In this document: piece after piece, positions 52,272-64,000 of the stretch
How the letters are laid out: each line of letters starts with the position of its first letter
Position numbering within the stretch: position 1 is the first letter of the stretch
DNA from: Tubiluchus corallicola
Lineage: Eukaryota; Animalia; Priapulida
NCBI GenBank assembly: GCA_030141605.1
Contig: JAQGDQ010000338.1
Coordinates: 1-64,000, forward strand
DNA length: 64,000 nt
Reading direction: 5' to 3'
Position numbers and translations under genes: made by a program
Notes under the pieces: generated by a model
Databases searched by the model: none
Told to the model about the DNA's origin: nothing
The model's input: the letters and a program-made list of their open reading frames with translations, nothing else

Positions 52272-52894
52272 GTTTTTATGCGTCTGTAATAAAAATTGAT
52301 GTACAAAACTAGTAGAAATGAGGTTAAGTTGAATTGTTTGGCCACGATGACCCTGAGCTACTCAGCAAGCTCTGCACACTCATCAACTGAGCATCACTGG
52401 GTAGATTTTTTCAAGTAATTGCACCGTGTTACTAGCATTCAATTCCCACTTCAAAAAGGGCAACTACTGTTGCTAAATGGGGGCGGATTTACGATCACCG
52501 TTCTCGATTTTGTAGCCACCTGCATCAATGGTGCATGCGTGGTATCATATCGTAGAGATGCCACTGTCACAATGGATACCAGTTTTTATAGACCTTGGAA
52601 AATTGCTCACTTTAATGGGGGAGTTTACAAGCGAATTTGGCAGCGACAAGTTTTTTAACATTGCCTAACAATGCTGAAGACAGGATGTCTATTGTGCAAT
52701 GATTAAACGCGGATTACGCACGCTGAGACGACTTCTGTTCATGAAGCAGCAAAGAACCTAAACTCTTTTTTTATCTGTAATGAGCGAAATGATGCAGATC
52801 TTGGGGTGTATCAAATGTATCCCATAATTCCCTCGAAATCCATTGTTGCGCCTAAACATCAGAAGCAGCAGTTCGTCTATTATCAGCATGCTCA

Positions 52895-53400
52895 AAACTC
52901 GCAAAAGTTTTTGAGAATAGGAAGATTTCTTTGGAAACAAAAATTAGAATATTCTCAGCCTTAGTTGAAACTGTATTTCTGTATAATTCTAAGCTCTGGA
53001 CATTAAAAGCAAATGATAAAGCTGAAATCGATGCGTTTCAAAGGCGAAATTACAGAAACATTTTGGGTGTTAGATGGTCAAAGAAAACAAAGATCTATAG
53101 GAAAAAATAAAAGAAGAACCTTGGACAAGAAAAATAAAAAGGATGGATTGGGCATATGCTTAGACTACCTGATGATGTTTCAGTGAAGATAGCTCTTCAA
53201 CAAGCCAAAGAACCAGCTAAAAAACCTGCAGGAGGACAAATGTTAACATATTTAGATTTTGCACAGAAAGATTTAAACACTTCAGCATTGATCCTTAGAA
53301 ATAAATGCACTTGGGGCATTGCGGGGAGCAGGGAGTCCTGGCATAGGGAGGTAAGCAGAATCATGTCCCTGGGCGTATGATTCATTGGATGATGATGAGT
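52895..53400 (+). mobile_element. Old RTE-clade LINE 3' fragment
   Basis: KISLETKIRIFSALVETVFLYNSKLWTL...IDAFQRR..RNILGVRW, then (frameshift) GHMLRL; (GAT)n tail. Confidence 0.8.
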
Positions 53401-53759
53401 TCATCTATTGGTAGCTTACTTGTCATACAAGATCTAATAATGATATAAGCAAGCGTTTGATTTTCATTAAATCACATCAAACTGGCATGTAATGTGAATT
53501 TATGAGTTGCCAATTCAGTGGCGTTGGACCAGCAGCTCTGTTAATTTCCTGAAGTAGTTAAAATGAAATGAAGGTTGCAAAATGAATAGTGCTATATTGA
53601 ATCATCTAATGTACGCCGATGAAGCGTGTTCATTAGTTTATACACGTACTTTTATGAAAACATTAATTTACGCATATCAAAGCTTCGTAAAAGAATTCTA
53701 TGCTATGATATGATATGATATGATATGATATGATATGATATGATATGATATGATATGAT

Positions 53760-54281
53760 CTTCTTCTTCTTCTTCTTCTCAGCTTTTCCCTATGCGGGTT
53801 CGCCGTTGTGAATAAGTCTTCTCCATGCATTCCTGTTGTTGACCATCTCTTCATTTATGTTCTTCTCTCTAAGGTCTCCGTTTATGCATTCAAACCATCT
53901 CAGCTTGGGTCGTCCTCTTTTTCTGTTTCCCAGCACTTCCATTTCCATGACCTCCCTTCCCACGTGATCTTCCCCGACTCTCGTTCTCAGGTGCCCATAC
54001 CATCGCAATCTTGCCTCTTGTATCTTTTTCGAGGCTTCCACTACTTTCACTGTTCCTCTAATGTTACTATTCCTGATTTTATCCCTTCTTGTTACTCCCA
54101 CCATCCATCTCAACATTCTCATCTCCGCCACATCCATTTTCTTCTCTTCGGTCTTCTTTAGAGGTGCTGCTTCCAGTCCATATATTAGGGCGGGTCTGAC
54201 CACTGCTTTGTGAACTTTACCTTTAAGTCTCGGAATCCTCTTATCGCATATCACACCCGAAACTTTTCGCCAGTTATTCCA
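53760..54281 (-). mobile_element. Young 5'-truncated RTE LINE inserted in a (GATAT)n microsatellite
   Basis: Open frame WRKVSGVICD...VVRPALIYG...AEMRMLRW..GVTRRDKIRN...RLRWYGH...RGRPK.RW; (GAA)n tail; (GATAT)n on both flanks. Confidence 0.93.
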
Positions 54282-54516
54282 TATGATATGATATGATATG
54301 ATATGTCATTATTGCGCAGTTTTCGTCTAACCCAGTTTCATTTGACAATATTTACTGTTTTTGTCTAACTTGATTCCTACTTCCAGAGAAAAACTTCTTG
54401 GTCACATATCTGAAACTGGTACTAATAACAAGGATATGAATAGATAAAAAATGTGTATTAGCTGCCGGAGCTAATATTTTGGTCTGTAATGATGAAATAA
54501 GACCCCAATTGTTTAA

Positions 54517-55104
54517 AGCACGAGAAAACCCTTTACTTACAGATTAAAAATCCGTCTTGAAATTTTATGCCACTTACATGCAGCTTTTTTGCATGCAGGG
54601 CTAGCGTGGTAGTAACACAGTATAAAACTTGTAAATTTAAACTCCAGTGATGACCGTTAGGCACAGCCATTTTAATGGTAGGTCGTTTGAAACAAAGCAA
54701 AATCTTAAATTACTGTATCTTGTCAATTAGATTAAAAATACGTTTTTGGTTAGTGAGTGGCGCACCCTGGAGGGTGAGTCAGTGAGATTTTACCAATCGG
54801 TAATAATAATTTTCTTTTCTAGTTACATAAGTCTTTCGAGTAGGTAAGTAAAAAAATAAGTAATATAGATTTGCACAGAAAGTTTTTTGGGACATAATTT
54901 AACATTGCCTTTTCTTCCCCTAATTTACGTTTGCGCAAGCGACGTTGCGTAATGGCGACTGCGAAACAGTATTGCGGGGGATTTAAAATGAAAACAAACA
55001 AAAAATCTTTTTAACACGAGTACGATATATGCATAAAAATGCTGTAATACAGTTTTTTAAGGCGGTTTTTTGAAACCTACTTCAGGTACCCCTTTTCTTG
55101 TTAT
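54517..55104 (-). mobile_element. Kolobok-like MITE family B copy
   Basis: ttaa|AGCACGAGAAAACCC ... GGTACCCCTTTTCTTGTTAT|ttaa. Confidence 0.7.
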
Positions 55105-57514
55105 TTAAATCATTTTATACTAGTGCATATGAAGCGTCGGTTTGACGTGATTACTTTACATATTCATACAGGCAGTTGAAGGTTACATACAATAACTGTA
55201 TTAGAAAATTGTTAAAGATTCTTTGATTGCAGTGCTCGACAAATGTGGGTAGATCGAAATATTCCTTGTTTTGATGTTATATTGCGAAATTCGTGTGACG
55301 CAATTAATTAATTATGATAATACAGTAGTATAATTTGCTGTTTAATTAGTTTCAAGGTCAGCTTTTGCAACAAGCTCTAAAACACAGTAAATGTAAAGTC
55401 TTCCACGTCTTACATTACAACGCGAATTCATTCTTGAAAAGTGAAACATAGTATACTTCTTTTGCAAAAGCCAATAACAATGAGGGAAATTTTCACTTGT
55501 CTGCAGGTTTTTCCATTTCTGACAGAATGTGATTTCGCACCTGATCGTCTTTCCTAGTATTTTCTCAACTAGCGTACGAGAAAAAAATTTGTTTCTATGT
55601 ATCAGGCATGCAGCACGACATTCGAACACACAGCCTTTCGATTACCAGGTAAAAACAGTTAACAAATAACCCAAATTAGTTTTAAATTGGTCAGGCACTT
55701 CATTTCCCGAACAATTTATGTTTAGTTCATTTTGTCTTTTTAAGTAAGTTATTTTATTTCAGACACGATTTAAAAGTTTAAATAGTTTAAGGTCAGTTTA
55801 AGGTCAGCTTTTTCAACAAGCTCACACTCTAAAAGACTGTAAAATCCTCAATATTTTACAATACATCAGCAATCTTTCATTTATCTGCAGATTTTTCCGT
55901 TTCTGACAGAAGGTGATTTCCATCCAGATCGTCTTACGTAGTATTTTCTCAACTAATTTGGAGGTTCGCGAGGGTAGTCTACGAGCATACTAATTAGAAA
56001 GGTATCTTAAGCCTATTATGGTCATTAGCAGTGTGTTAGTTTGTGTCCTAATGAGTTTGTCTATGCACGGCGCGCGCATTCTTCACAGTCCTATGTAAAA
56101 TATCATCTGTCAGTCAGTAACGTGATAAATTCGAAAGTGACGAGTTTAAAATTACTTCTTACGGGGCTCTTACCGGTTTACAAGAACTTCGTTATTATCT
56201 TTCAACCGATCCACGTTTTAGCATTGTGCAAATGACTTTGACGCCTCTTCAACTCGTACTGGTTGTAGACAGAGTTGAGAGTAGAGTAGCACACACCTGC
56301 TCAAGAGTTTCTTCTTACCTCAAGCAACCTCACTAACGTATGCTAGCATTGTTATTGACCCAAGACGTGTAAATCTTTTAACTTGTAACACCGTGAAACC
56401 TCGTGCGACTGCTGTTGATTTAACTTGATTACGTCGACAAGATTGCGTGTGGCAAAACTGACGAATTTGAACTTTCTTCATTGTTTTGCGATCACGCTGA
56501 TATTTTGGAGAATTCGTGGCGCCACTTTTAAAGTGTGTGGTATACCTCCCGTGCTGAGGTTTTCGTGCTGATCTCTCTACACGCATGAATTCTACGTCTA
56601 GTATCATTGCCACTAATACCCAGTCAAGCCATTTAAGCACGTAAATTGTGGCATTGATCTACGTTTTAACAGTCACAACACATAATACTATTTCGCATGT
56701 TTTAATTACAAATATTCAATGTTATTTTAATGGTGCGTTCAAACACCGTACGGGGCGCTTGAACTTCGAGCAAAACAAGATGACATTAGATAAGTTGAGG
56801 TCCACCTCTTTACACACATCGTTTTTGCAATTTAACGTGTTGACGTTGTAATTACAAGCCAGTGAGCTTAACATTCAGTTTGCAATACGCGTCTAAAGAT
56901 ATGACTCCATCGAGTTACTGATTCTTGTGCTCTAGTTGTTTTTATACGTCCCGCTGATGGTGGATTTCAAGGTAAGGCTGCATGGATTCATTGCTATTTC
57001 AAAAATAAAATTCGGCGTGTTCTCTATTTTGTCTGAGTATTTTGTCGGTTGCAAGAAATAATATTTTTGTCTTGATGTTGCGAAAAAAATTATTGGTAAT
57101 TTTTGGACAACAACGACGGTGATATTAGTATTAGTGGGGTAGAGATTGCCGTGGCGACTACATTGACGATGACAACAATCACAGTACAGGTGAAACCTTG
57201 CTTATACGGAGTATTCTTGGTTAAAATAAACAGTTATCTAGCTTTCGTTGATTTTTATATCAATTTTTCAAAACGTCTCTCAGTTTGATTCTGTAATACA
57301 ACAAAATAGACAAGCTTGTATTCGTACATTGCGCGTAAAAACAATTAATTATAGAATTGCGTAGATTTCGTTTTCAGCTGTTGACCTCACTTTAGTTTCT
57401 CATATCTAATCTACATGTTTTATTATGAATATCGGAAGTATAGAACCGGTTAAATTACAATTTAGCTTAAATTGTCACAAAGCAAAATGTGTTGTCCCAA
57501 ATTAACTTTTTTTA

Positions 57515-58124
57515 CCCTTATAGGGTCACGATTTTTTACAACTGATTTTGGTAACCGGGGGTAAAAAATTATCCCCACCATAATTCGTAAATTACTTTTG
57601 ATAAACCGCCGTGTTTCATTAGTAAACAGCAACAGCATAATTTGTGGTTATGCTAACTACCATAGGATACATTATATCTCTGCTTAAAGGCATGTCACTT
57701 ACTAGTAATACGAAATTTAAATTCACTTAGTTACATTCCCTTGTCTATGCTGGAATAACTGCAGACAACCGACATTGCTAGCGCGTGTGCAAAAATCATT
57801 GTTATTTTGAATATGTCTACTACTTTCTTCTTTTAGGTGGAGTAATTTGAATAACTAACATTTTGTTTTATCAGATACATCGCCCGTATAATGTATAGAC
57901 AAGCGAAGTAAAGTTTCGACAATTTTAAAAAATCGACATATTGCATTTTCACTTTTATTTCGTGGTGAGACAATGCGCCTAAAATAAATAACTGAAAGTA
58001 TTTTGTGCGCAGAACATATTTAGAAAAAGTCATAGAAAAGGTTTACTGTGATGCGTATGGTAAAAGGGTGAAATGCAAAAAACCAGTCAGGGGGTATTTT
58101 TACCCCCCGGTGACCCTATCTGGG
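57515..58124. mobile_element. piggyBac-like MITE
   Basis: ttta|CCCTTATAGGGTCAC ... GTGACCCTATCTGGG|ttaa, with subterminal CCGGGGGTAAAAA / TTTTTACCCCCCGG. Confidence 0.7.
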
Positions 58125-58316
58125 TTAAAATGTGCAATTTTCCTTCTCACTATAGGTTTTTATTCAATACGATGTAACACTTTATTTATATGGACTCAAG
58201 CAGTGTTATATAGCACGGATAACTATGTATCATGTTCGTGCATCCTACCCTCAAATACTATTCAAAGAAGAAAGGTTTCTGGATAATGTTTCTGTGAAAT
58301 GGCGGCAGAGAACTCA

Positions 58317-58770
58317 AAACACAAGAAAACGTTCGTCATGAACAAAGCGTAAAAAATTCGTCTTGAAATTTTATATCACTTGCATGCTGTCTTATTGCGC
58401 ACAGAACCTGCATTAGTAGTAACTCTGTATAAAACTTGCAAATTTAAACTCCCGCGATGACCATTAGGTGCAGCCATTTTTAGGATAAGTCGTTTCGAAT
58501 AAGTTTAAATAACAGAATAATGTTTGAAAAAATGGAGCATTTGTAGTACAACTAAGGAAAAGTTTAAATTACTTTATATGGTCAATGAGAGCAACGGTGT
58601 CTTTTTTGGTGAATCAGTGGTGCACACTGGGATGGCGATACAGTGCCGTTTTACCAGGTGGCTCGAATATTTTAAATTATTAAGAATTTTGTTTTCTAAT
58701 TAGATAAGTCTTTCAAACAGGTAAGCGTAATGCAATGTAATATTTTTTGGGACGTACTTTTAAAATTTAA
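58317..58770 (-). mobile_element. Partial family B MITE
   Basis: Colinear with 54517-54900. Confidence 0.6.
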
Positions 58771-59349
58771 CAGCCTTCTCTTTTTATGCGAGCAATTCTG
58801 TCACTTCTAAAGTAGCTGTGGCGACTTGAACACATTTGTAGTCTGGAGAATACGTGAGGAAACGGTGCCCATCCAACAAGTACGTCTACACCATTTTATT
58901 GCAGTGCATTTATACTGCAGTAATCTACAAATGTCCTATCAAAATTAATAGTACTTACGTAAGATAATTAAGGTCTAGGTAGAAAGTTAGAACTCATGGG
59001 CTTACTGATATTGGAAACTGTATACCTGTAGGCTTATTATGTACCTGTTCGTAGTGTAATACACACACCTGTCCTTGAGTAACAGCAATTAACCTGTCTG
59101 TTTCCGTAAATTCCTTGTGCTGCAGTCCGCCCTCGTTTAACTCTTTCGCAAAGTTCTTGCCGAGTGGAGATTACTAAAAATACTCAGTTTTTATTTGTCA
59201 TTGTTCTCACAAGTTTACAATGCGAATACCCGAAAAAATGCAATTCAATTTCTAAGTGCAAGATCGAACTTTCTAAGGGCGTATGTACATGCATCACGGC
59301 AGCGGTATATGCGATTCATCCGGCGACGGCAACAGCAACTCTTTTTTAA

Positions 59350-59852
59350 AGGACAAGAAAAGGGGTACCTGAAGTAGGTTTCAGAAACATCGGCTTAAAA
59401 CTTTACAGCAATTTTATGCGTATATCGTACTCGGGTTGAAAAGAATTTTTGTTTGTTTTCATTTTAAGTCTCCCGCAAAACTGTTCCGTCCGCGCCATTA
59501 CTTGACGTCACTACGCAGAAGTAAATTAGGGGAACTACTAACCAAAAACGTATTTTAATCTTATTGACAAGATGCAGTAATTTTAAATTTTAATTAGTTA
59601 GTGACGTGGGCGCTACGAATGCTCTGATAATTTTTTTCAAAGTTTACACGATGTTATTTAAACTTATTTCAAATGACTTACTTTCAAAATGGCTGCGTCT
59701 AACGTACAACCATCGCGGGAGTTTAAATTTACAAGTTTTATACAGCCTTACTGCCGACGCAAGCCCTGTATGTAAAAAGGCAGCATGTAACTGATATAAA
59801 ATTTCAAGGCGAATTTCTAAAGCTTTATGTTTATGAAGGGTTTTCTTGTCCT
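59350..59852 (+). mobile_element. Kolobok-like MITE family B, best-preserved copy
   Basis: Perfect 12-bp TIR AGGACAAGAAAA / TTTTCTTGTCCT with TTAA on both sides. Confidence 0.8.
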
Positions 59853-61301
59853 TTAATTAAGCAAAAACCATTATTTAAAAACCAGTTCACAGTTCAATGT
59901 ACCAAACCGTACTTGCCGGTTCTGCCGCGTGGTCCGCATATTCGGTCGCCTCAGATTCCGCATACGTGCGTGTAGAATTGCTTAGTGTCAACTTAACCAA
60001 CTGCTCAGTCACGGCATAATAAAAAATCTTTCATGCAGCGCGTATGAATCAAGTAATTTATGTCACAGTTGGCAACTCATTACATATTTCAATATTTGAA
60101 ACAGATTTTTCATTTGAGTTTAATGTGCTGATACATTTACATGTCTGGATATTTTTGTTGTTGATTTATTGTTGGTTTTGACCGAGTTTAAGTTTAATTT
60201 ATTAACAAATAATTTCTCGCTAGCTGGCCATAAACATACATGGCATAAGTGCAGTAATTTATGTGTTGAAGATTCATATTTTATCAATCGGAAAAATAAA
60301 TCTCGTGGACCTATCAGTTACAAAGCGTTATGAAAAACTTTAATAATTTTTAATAATAAATTTGAAAAAAATTATAATTGTAATATTGTAATTTTAATTG
60401 TAAAATGTACGAGAAAAATGGCCGTGCGCAAAAAATGGTTTCACAAAGTTTTTTCTAATGATTAACTAATATAATTGATATATAATATATATATATAATT
60501 AGTAATTAATTATTAATAATTAAAGGTACATATAATTAATATATATTTTAATTATTTTATTTTTTTTTTGGTTTTGTTTTGTTGTTTTTTTTTTTTTGTT
60601 TTGTGTTTTTGGGTTGTTTTTTTTTTTGTGTGGGGTGGTGTGTTGTTTTGTTTGGTTGGGTGTTTTTTGTGTGTGTTTTGGGGTGTGGGTTGTTGTTGGG
60701 TTTGTTGGGGTTGGGTTTTTGTTGTGGTTGTGTGGGTTTGTGGGGGGGGTGGGGGTGTTGTTGGTGTGGTTTTGTTGTTGTTTTTGGATTGTCGTTTCTG
60801 TCCTCATCCACTCTGGTCTGCATACTATACAACGTATTCTACTCTACCCTATCCTACCCTAATCAAATGAAAATTTTCTTTCTAAAGTTTTTTCCTGTAC
60901 GTTAGAAGTAAGAAGCAATGTTAGCAATGAACAAGTACGGATTGTAAATTTCATTAAAGAAGTTATCTAGAACGTAATTGTTTTCATTTTATAACAGAGC
61001 TGAATTGTACGCCATATTAACGTATCTTACTCTCACTTAATTGTATATAATCGCATTGCTGATTAATCATGTTAATTAATGTTATTTTGCTTGCTGATCT
61101 GTTTGTTTATTTGAAATGATTGTACCACAAGTACGTATAGAAATAAAATAAATCTTCACGGGCGCCAAGAGGCGGACGCACTGACGCGCATGCGCCAAGA
61201 GGCGAACGCACTGACGCGCATGCGTCCACAGAATTTCTTAAGAAATTTTTTTATGGCTAAATAATTTTTCCAGCAGTAAACCAAGAAACACATTAACCCC
61301 T

Positions 61302-61636
61302 TATTGTGGAGATCCACTAGAATTAGATAGAACATTGTAGAATGTTCTATAGTATAGTAAAACAATCTTCTTACCTTGTAGAAGTTTCTAGAACTTTCTA
61401 TTTCTAGATTATTCCTTGGCACTGATATATAAGGCGGAGCTGGCAGCTGGAGTTCATTCTCTCACATTCTCTTGTATCCTCGTATTCCCAGATACGCTTT
61501 CACGTTTCCAGATTATTTACTTTATACATTTAGCGTTCCTTCATACTTATGTGTTGTAGAATTCTCGTATAATAAACTAGTTTAATGTGTTTTCTGGTTT
61601 TCTCTACGAGCCTTCTGAGAGAAACAAAACACAACA
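61302..61636 (+). mobile_element. Solo LTR (335 bp)
   Basis: T(A)TTGTG ... CACAACA terminal inverted ends, 5-bp TSD CCCCT (61297-61301, 61637-61641), TATATAA at 61426, AATAAA at 61571. Confidence 0.75.
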
Positions 61637-62448
61637 CCCCTTGTCTGTTTGCACGATCCCCGAGCAGTAAGCTGATTTGCATAGTGAAATGACATCCACA
61701 TTTTGCTGGGCAGATAATCTTGACACTAAATAAGTTAAGCTTAAGTAATGGGTCATCTGCATTGTAGTATATTACGAACTTGTTTTTAAGATATATGACT
61801 ACTACAATAGAATACAATGAATATTACCTAGGTAAATGTAGGTAAAATATATTTATTAAAGTAGAATTTTTCACGTTTGAAGAAGTCTGTGTACCAGAAT
61901 TTAGATCTCATTTCAATGTGTTTAAATACAGGAAAATGCATTGGTTGCCGGTGCTCCATCTTGGACCTCGCTGGGGGAGCTTACAGCGCTCCCCCAGACC
62001 CCTAGCAACTTTTTTAAAAAAATTTTAACTCTGGCGGCGCCCATGACAATCTTATGATTAGCTGAAACTTCGAGTTTATTCATTTGGTGATGTGTATGTC
62101 TTTATTAAGAGCCCATAAAACGCGGCTAAATGCACAATATTTCACCTTCGCCTCATTAACTAACTGCTTCTTTGTAGCACTCTACTGCTGACAAGCTAAC
62201 ATGATCATGTTATTCGACTTTAAACCCTTCCGTAATCCACACTGGGTAACGTGGGAGTTTTTAGTGTCTCAAGTATCGACTACATCAGCTGATGATTGGG
62301 GGGGGGGTCTCTGCCCCGAATCAAGAAATTGTGGATTTTAACACATTAAATAATTCAAGTCAATTTTTATTACAGGCACATAAAACATTTATAGTTAAAA
62401 ACAACACAACTCTATGAAAAACTTTTACATTAAAAAGTTAAAATCATG

Positions 62449-62487
62449 CCAAACGTTTCGACTAGCTGCTGCTGTCATCATCAGTGG
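62449..62487 (-). ncRNA. Minimal type I hammerhead ribozyme motif (intact core)
   Basis: cca-CUGAUGA-u-GAC(agcagcagcua)GUC-GAAA-CG-UU-ugg; palindromic ACGU stem III; extra nucleotide after A9. Confidence 0.7.
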
Positions 62488-62903
62488 TAAATTTACAAAC
62501 ATACAACCAGTTTATATAGGCAGAGCCTATTATGCACTAATTAAGTAATTAACAGAAGCCAAATGAATAAACAGACCAGTAAAGAAACTGATGAAGTAAG
62601 TTAAGCAGTAATTTGCTGTTTAAATCTACGTACCCTAATAAACCTTCTCTTAGTGTACAAAGCAGTTCAATTCCTTTAACTTTATTTTCAAACACGTAGC
62701 TATTTGTTACTGTGTCAATTTCTTTTCTATAGGTCTGGTTAATCATTACCTATTTGGCTTTTGTAAATACACAATTAGTGCATAATTTACTGTACAAATT
62801 TCTTTACTGGTCTGATTATTCTGACTATTTGGGTTCTGTTAACTACTTAATTAGTGCATAACAGGCTCTGCTTATATAAACTGGCTGTACGTTTGTAAAT
62901 TTA

Positions 62904-62942
62904 TCACTGATGACGACAGCAGCAGCTAATCGAAACGTTTGG
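62904..62942 (+). ncRNA. Minimal hammerhead motif (one stem II mismatch)
   Basis: uca-CUGAUGA-c-GAC(agcagcagcua)AUC-GAAA-CG-UU-ugg. Confidence 0.55.
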
Positions 62943-63689
62943 CATGATTTTCAGTTTTTAATGTAAACGTTTTTGCTAAAGTTGTGTTGTTTTTAACCAT
63001 AAATAATTCACTATCTTCAGAACATTGTGCTAAGGCTTAATTATTACGAAAGTTCACGCCATACAAAGCGAACATGAGTACGTTTATAAGGCAGTTAGTG
63101 GTAGCGGAAGTTTGAACTAGCGAACATTGGGGGTTAACCTGCTCACAGGTCCTTGAGCCTGACGTACATTCAATGCGATGATGAATGCGTACGACAAGCT
63201 ACAGCAACTATACGACACTTATACAACGATGTAAAACTTTGGTGGTAAGATATGTCACATCGTTTATTATATTGGACTGCCCTAAGGAGCCCATACTGAC
63301 CTTCGCATCTGGTGCTACTTTGTACAGAGACGATTAATTACCACCTGGGTGATTAGTTTTTTGTCGTTTTGTTAAAAAATTGCGCAAAAAACTGGGCCGC
63401 CATGCTGCGACGCACCTACAGGCTGTCTTAAATGGAAAGGGTTGTGCGTGTAGCAGGAGCACGTGTAGAACAAACTCAATACGGGACGCCACCTGTTGAC
63501 ACTGACGAGTTTTGCTGGCTTTGCTAAGAGGACGTGAAAACTTGCAAAAAGTTTGACTGCTGTTATTATGATTCTATAATGCAGGTTTTAACGAGATTAC
63601 TTAACGTTTTAAATTTAAACTCGGTTTTTCCATTAGGTAAATTACGCAGTTGCCTAGGGTGCCAAATACTTGGAGTAATTTTTTAATTC

Positions 63690-64000
63690 TAAGACAGTAT
63701 GATTTGTCATATACTACCCCATTTTCAAGTCCGATAAAAGTATACATTTTAAAACAATCAATACTGCAACCTTCTGATGCGTTTCTGACAATTAAATATA
63801 AGATTAAAAACTTAATTAAGGATGGGCGAGCCCAACTATTGATGACATCACAAACTAACACAATTTTCAACAGCAAAAATATTCCACGAGCTCGTTGCAC
63901 GTGCTTGCGAAAGCGAAAATTGAAGTACAGTGCTACTGCAAGATATTCAGTGTGTTGTACTAAAACTAGCCAAGTTTTAGGATTAAAATTCAAATTTACC
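63690..64000 (-). mobile_element. MITE family C copy, cut by window end
   Basis: Colinear with 44635-44940. Confidence 0.7.

Larger units (their letters stand above)
62387..63004 (+). mobile_element. Truncated Penelope-like element with an inverted pLTR (same family as 51621-52271)
   Basis: ~200-bp inverted arms; internal STYPNKPSLSVQSSSIPLTLFSNT* (62624-62699). Confidence 0.82.

Noticed and set aside
56200-56971. Possible 5' exon ending at donor AAG|GTAAGG, and ORF 56320-56640
   Set aside because: No recognisable protein motif and no downstream exon found; it cannot be supported without transcript data.
60550-60790. G/T-only tract giving several hydrophobic ORFs
   Set aside because: Aperiodic low-complexity sequence, likely a poorly called microsatellite, and not coding.

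Overview
AT-rich animal (probably invertebrate) nuclear DNA from a gapped assembly (224-nt N run at 40238-40461). No prokaryotic-type features were seen. Host genes: (1) the last coding exon (3315-3700, +) of a divergent NR1-type nuclear receptor. It aligns without gaps to REV-ERB/E75 helices 9-11, has no evident helix 12, has Tyr at the heme-His position and carries a PMDLR CtBP-type motif. (2) MRPL50 on the minus strand (three clear exons, 5' end unresolved). (3) A complete 436-aa SLC16/MCT transporter on the plus strand, head-to-head with MRPL50. The largest structural feature is a gap-free, near-identical inverted repeat of at least 1.8 kb (1-1822 / 7715-9536) that brackets the receptor exon. 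The rest is a dense repeat landscape: Penelope-like hairpin insertions with minimal hammerhead ribozyme motifs, a 5S-headed SINE with an RTE tail, three TTAA-flanked Kolobok-like MITE families including a chimera, hAT/pogo/piggyBac-like MITEs, RTE and L2/CR1 LINE tails, a solo LTR, 27/55/81-bp tandem arrays and many microsatellites. All homology calls come from reading the sequence by eye; no searches were run.
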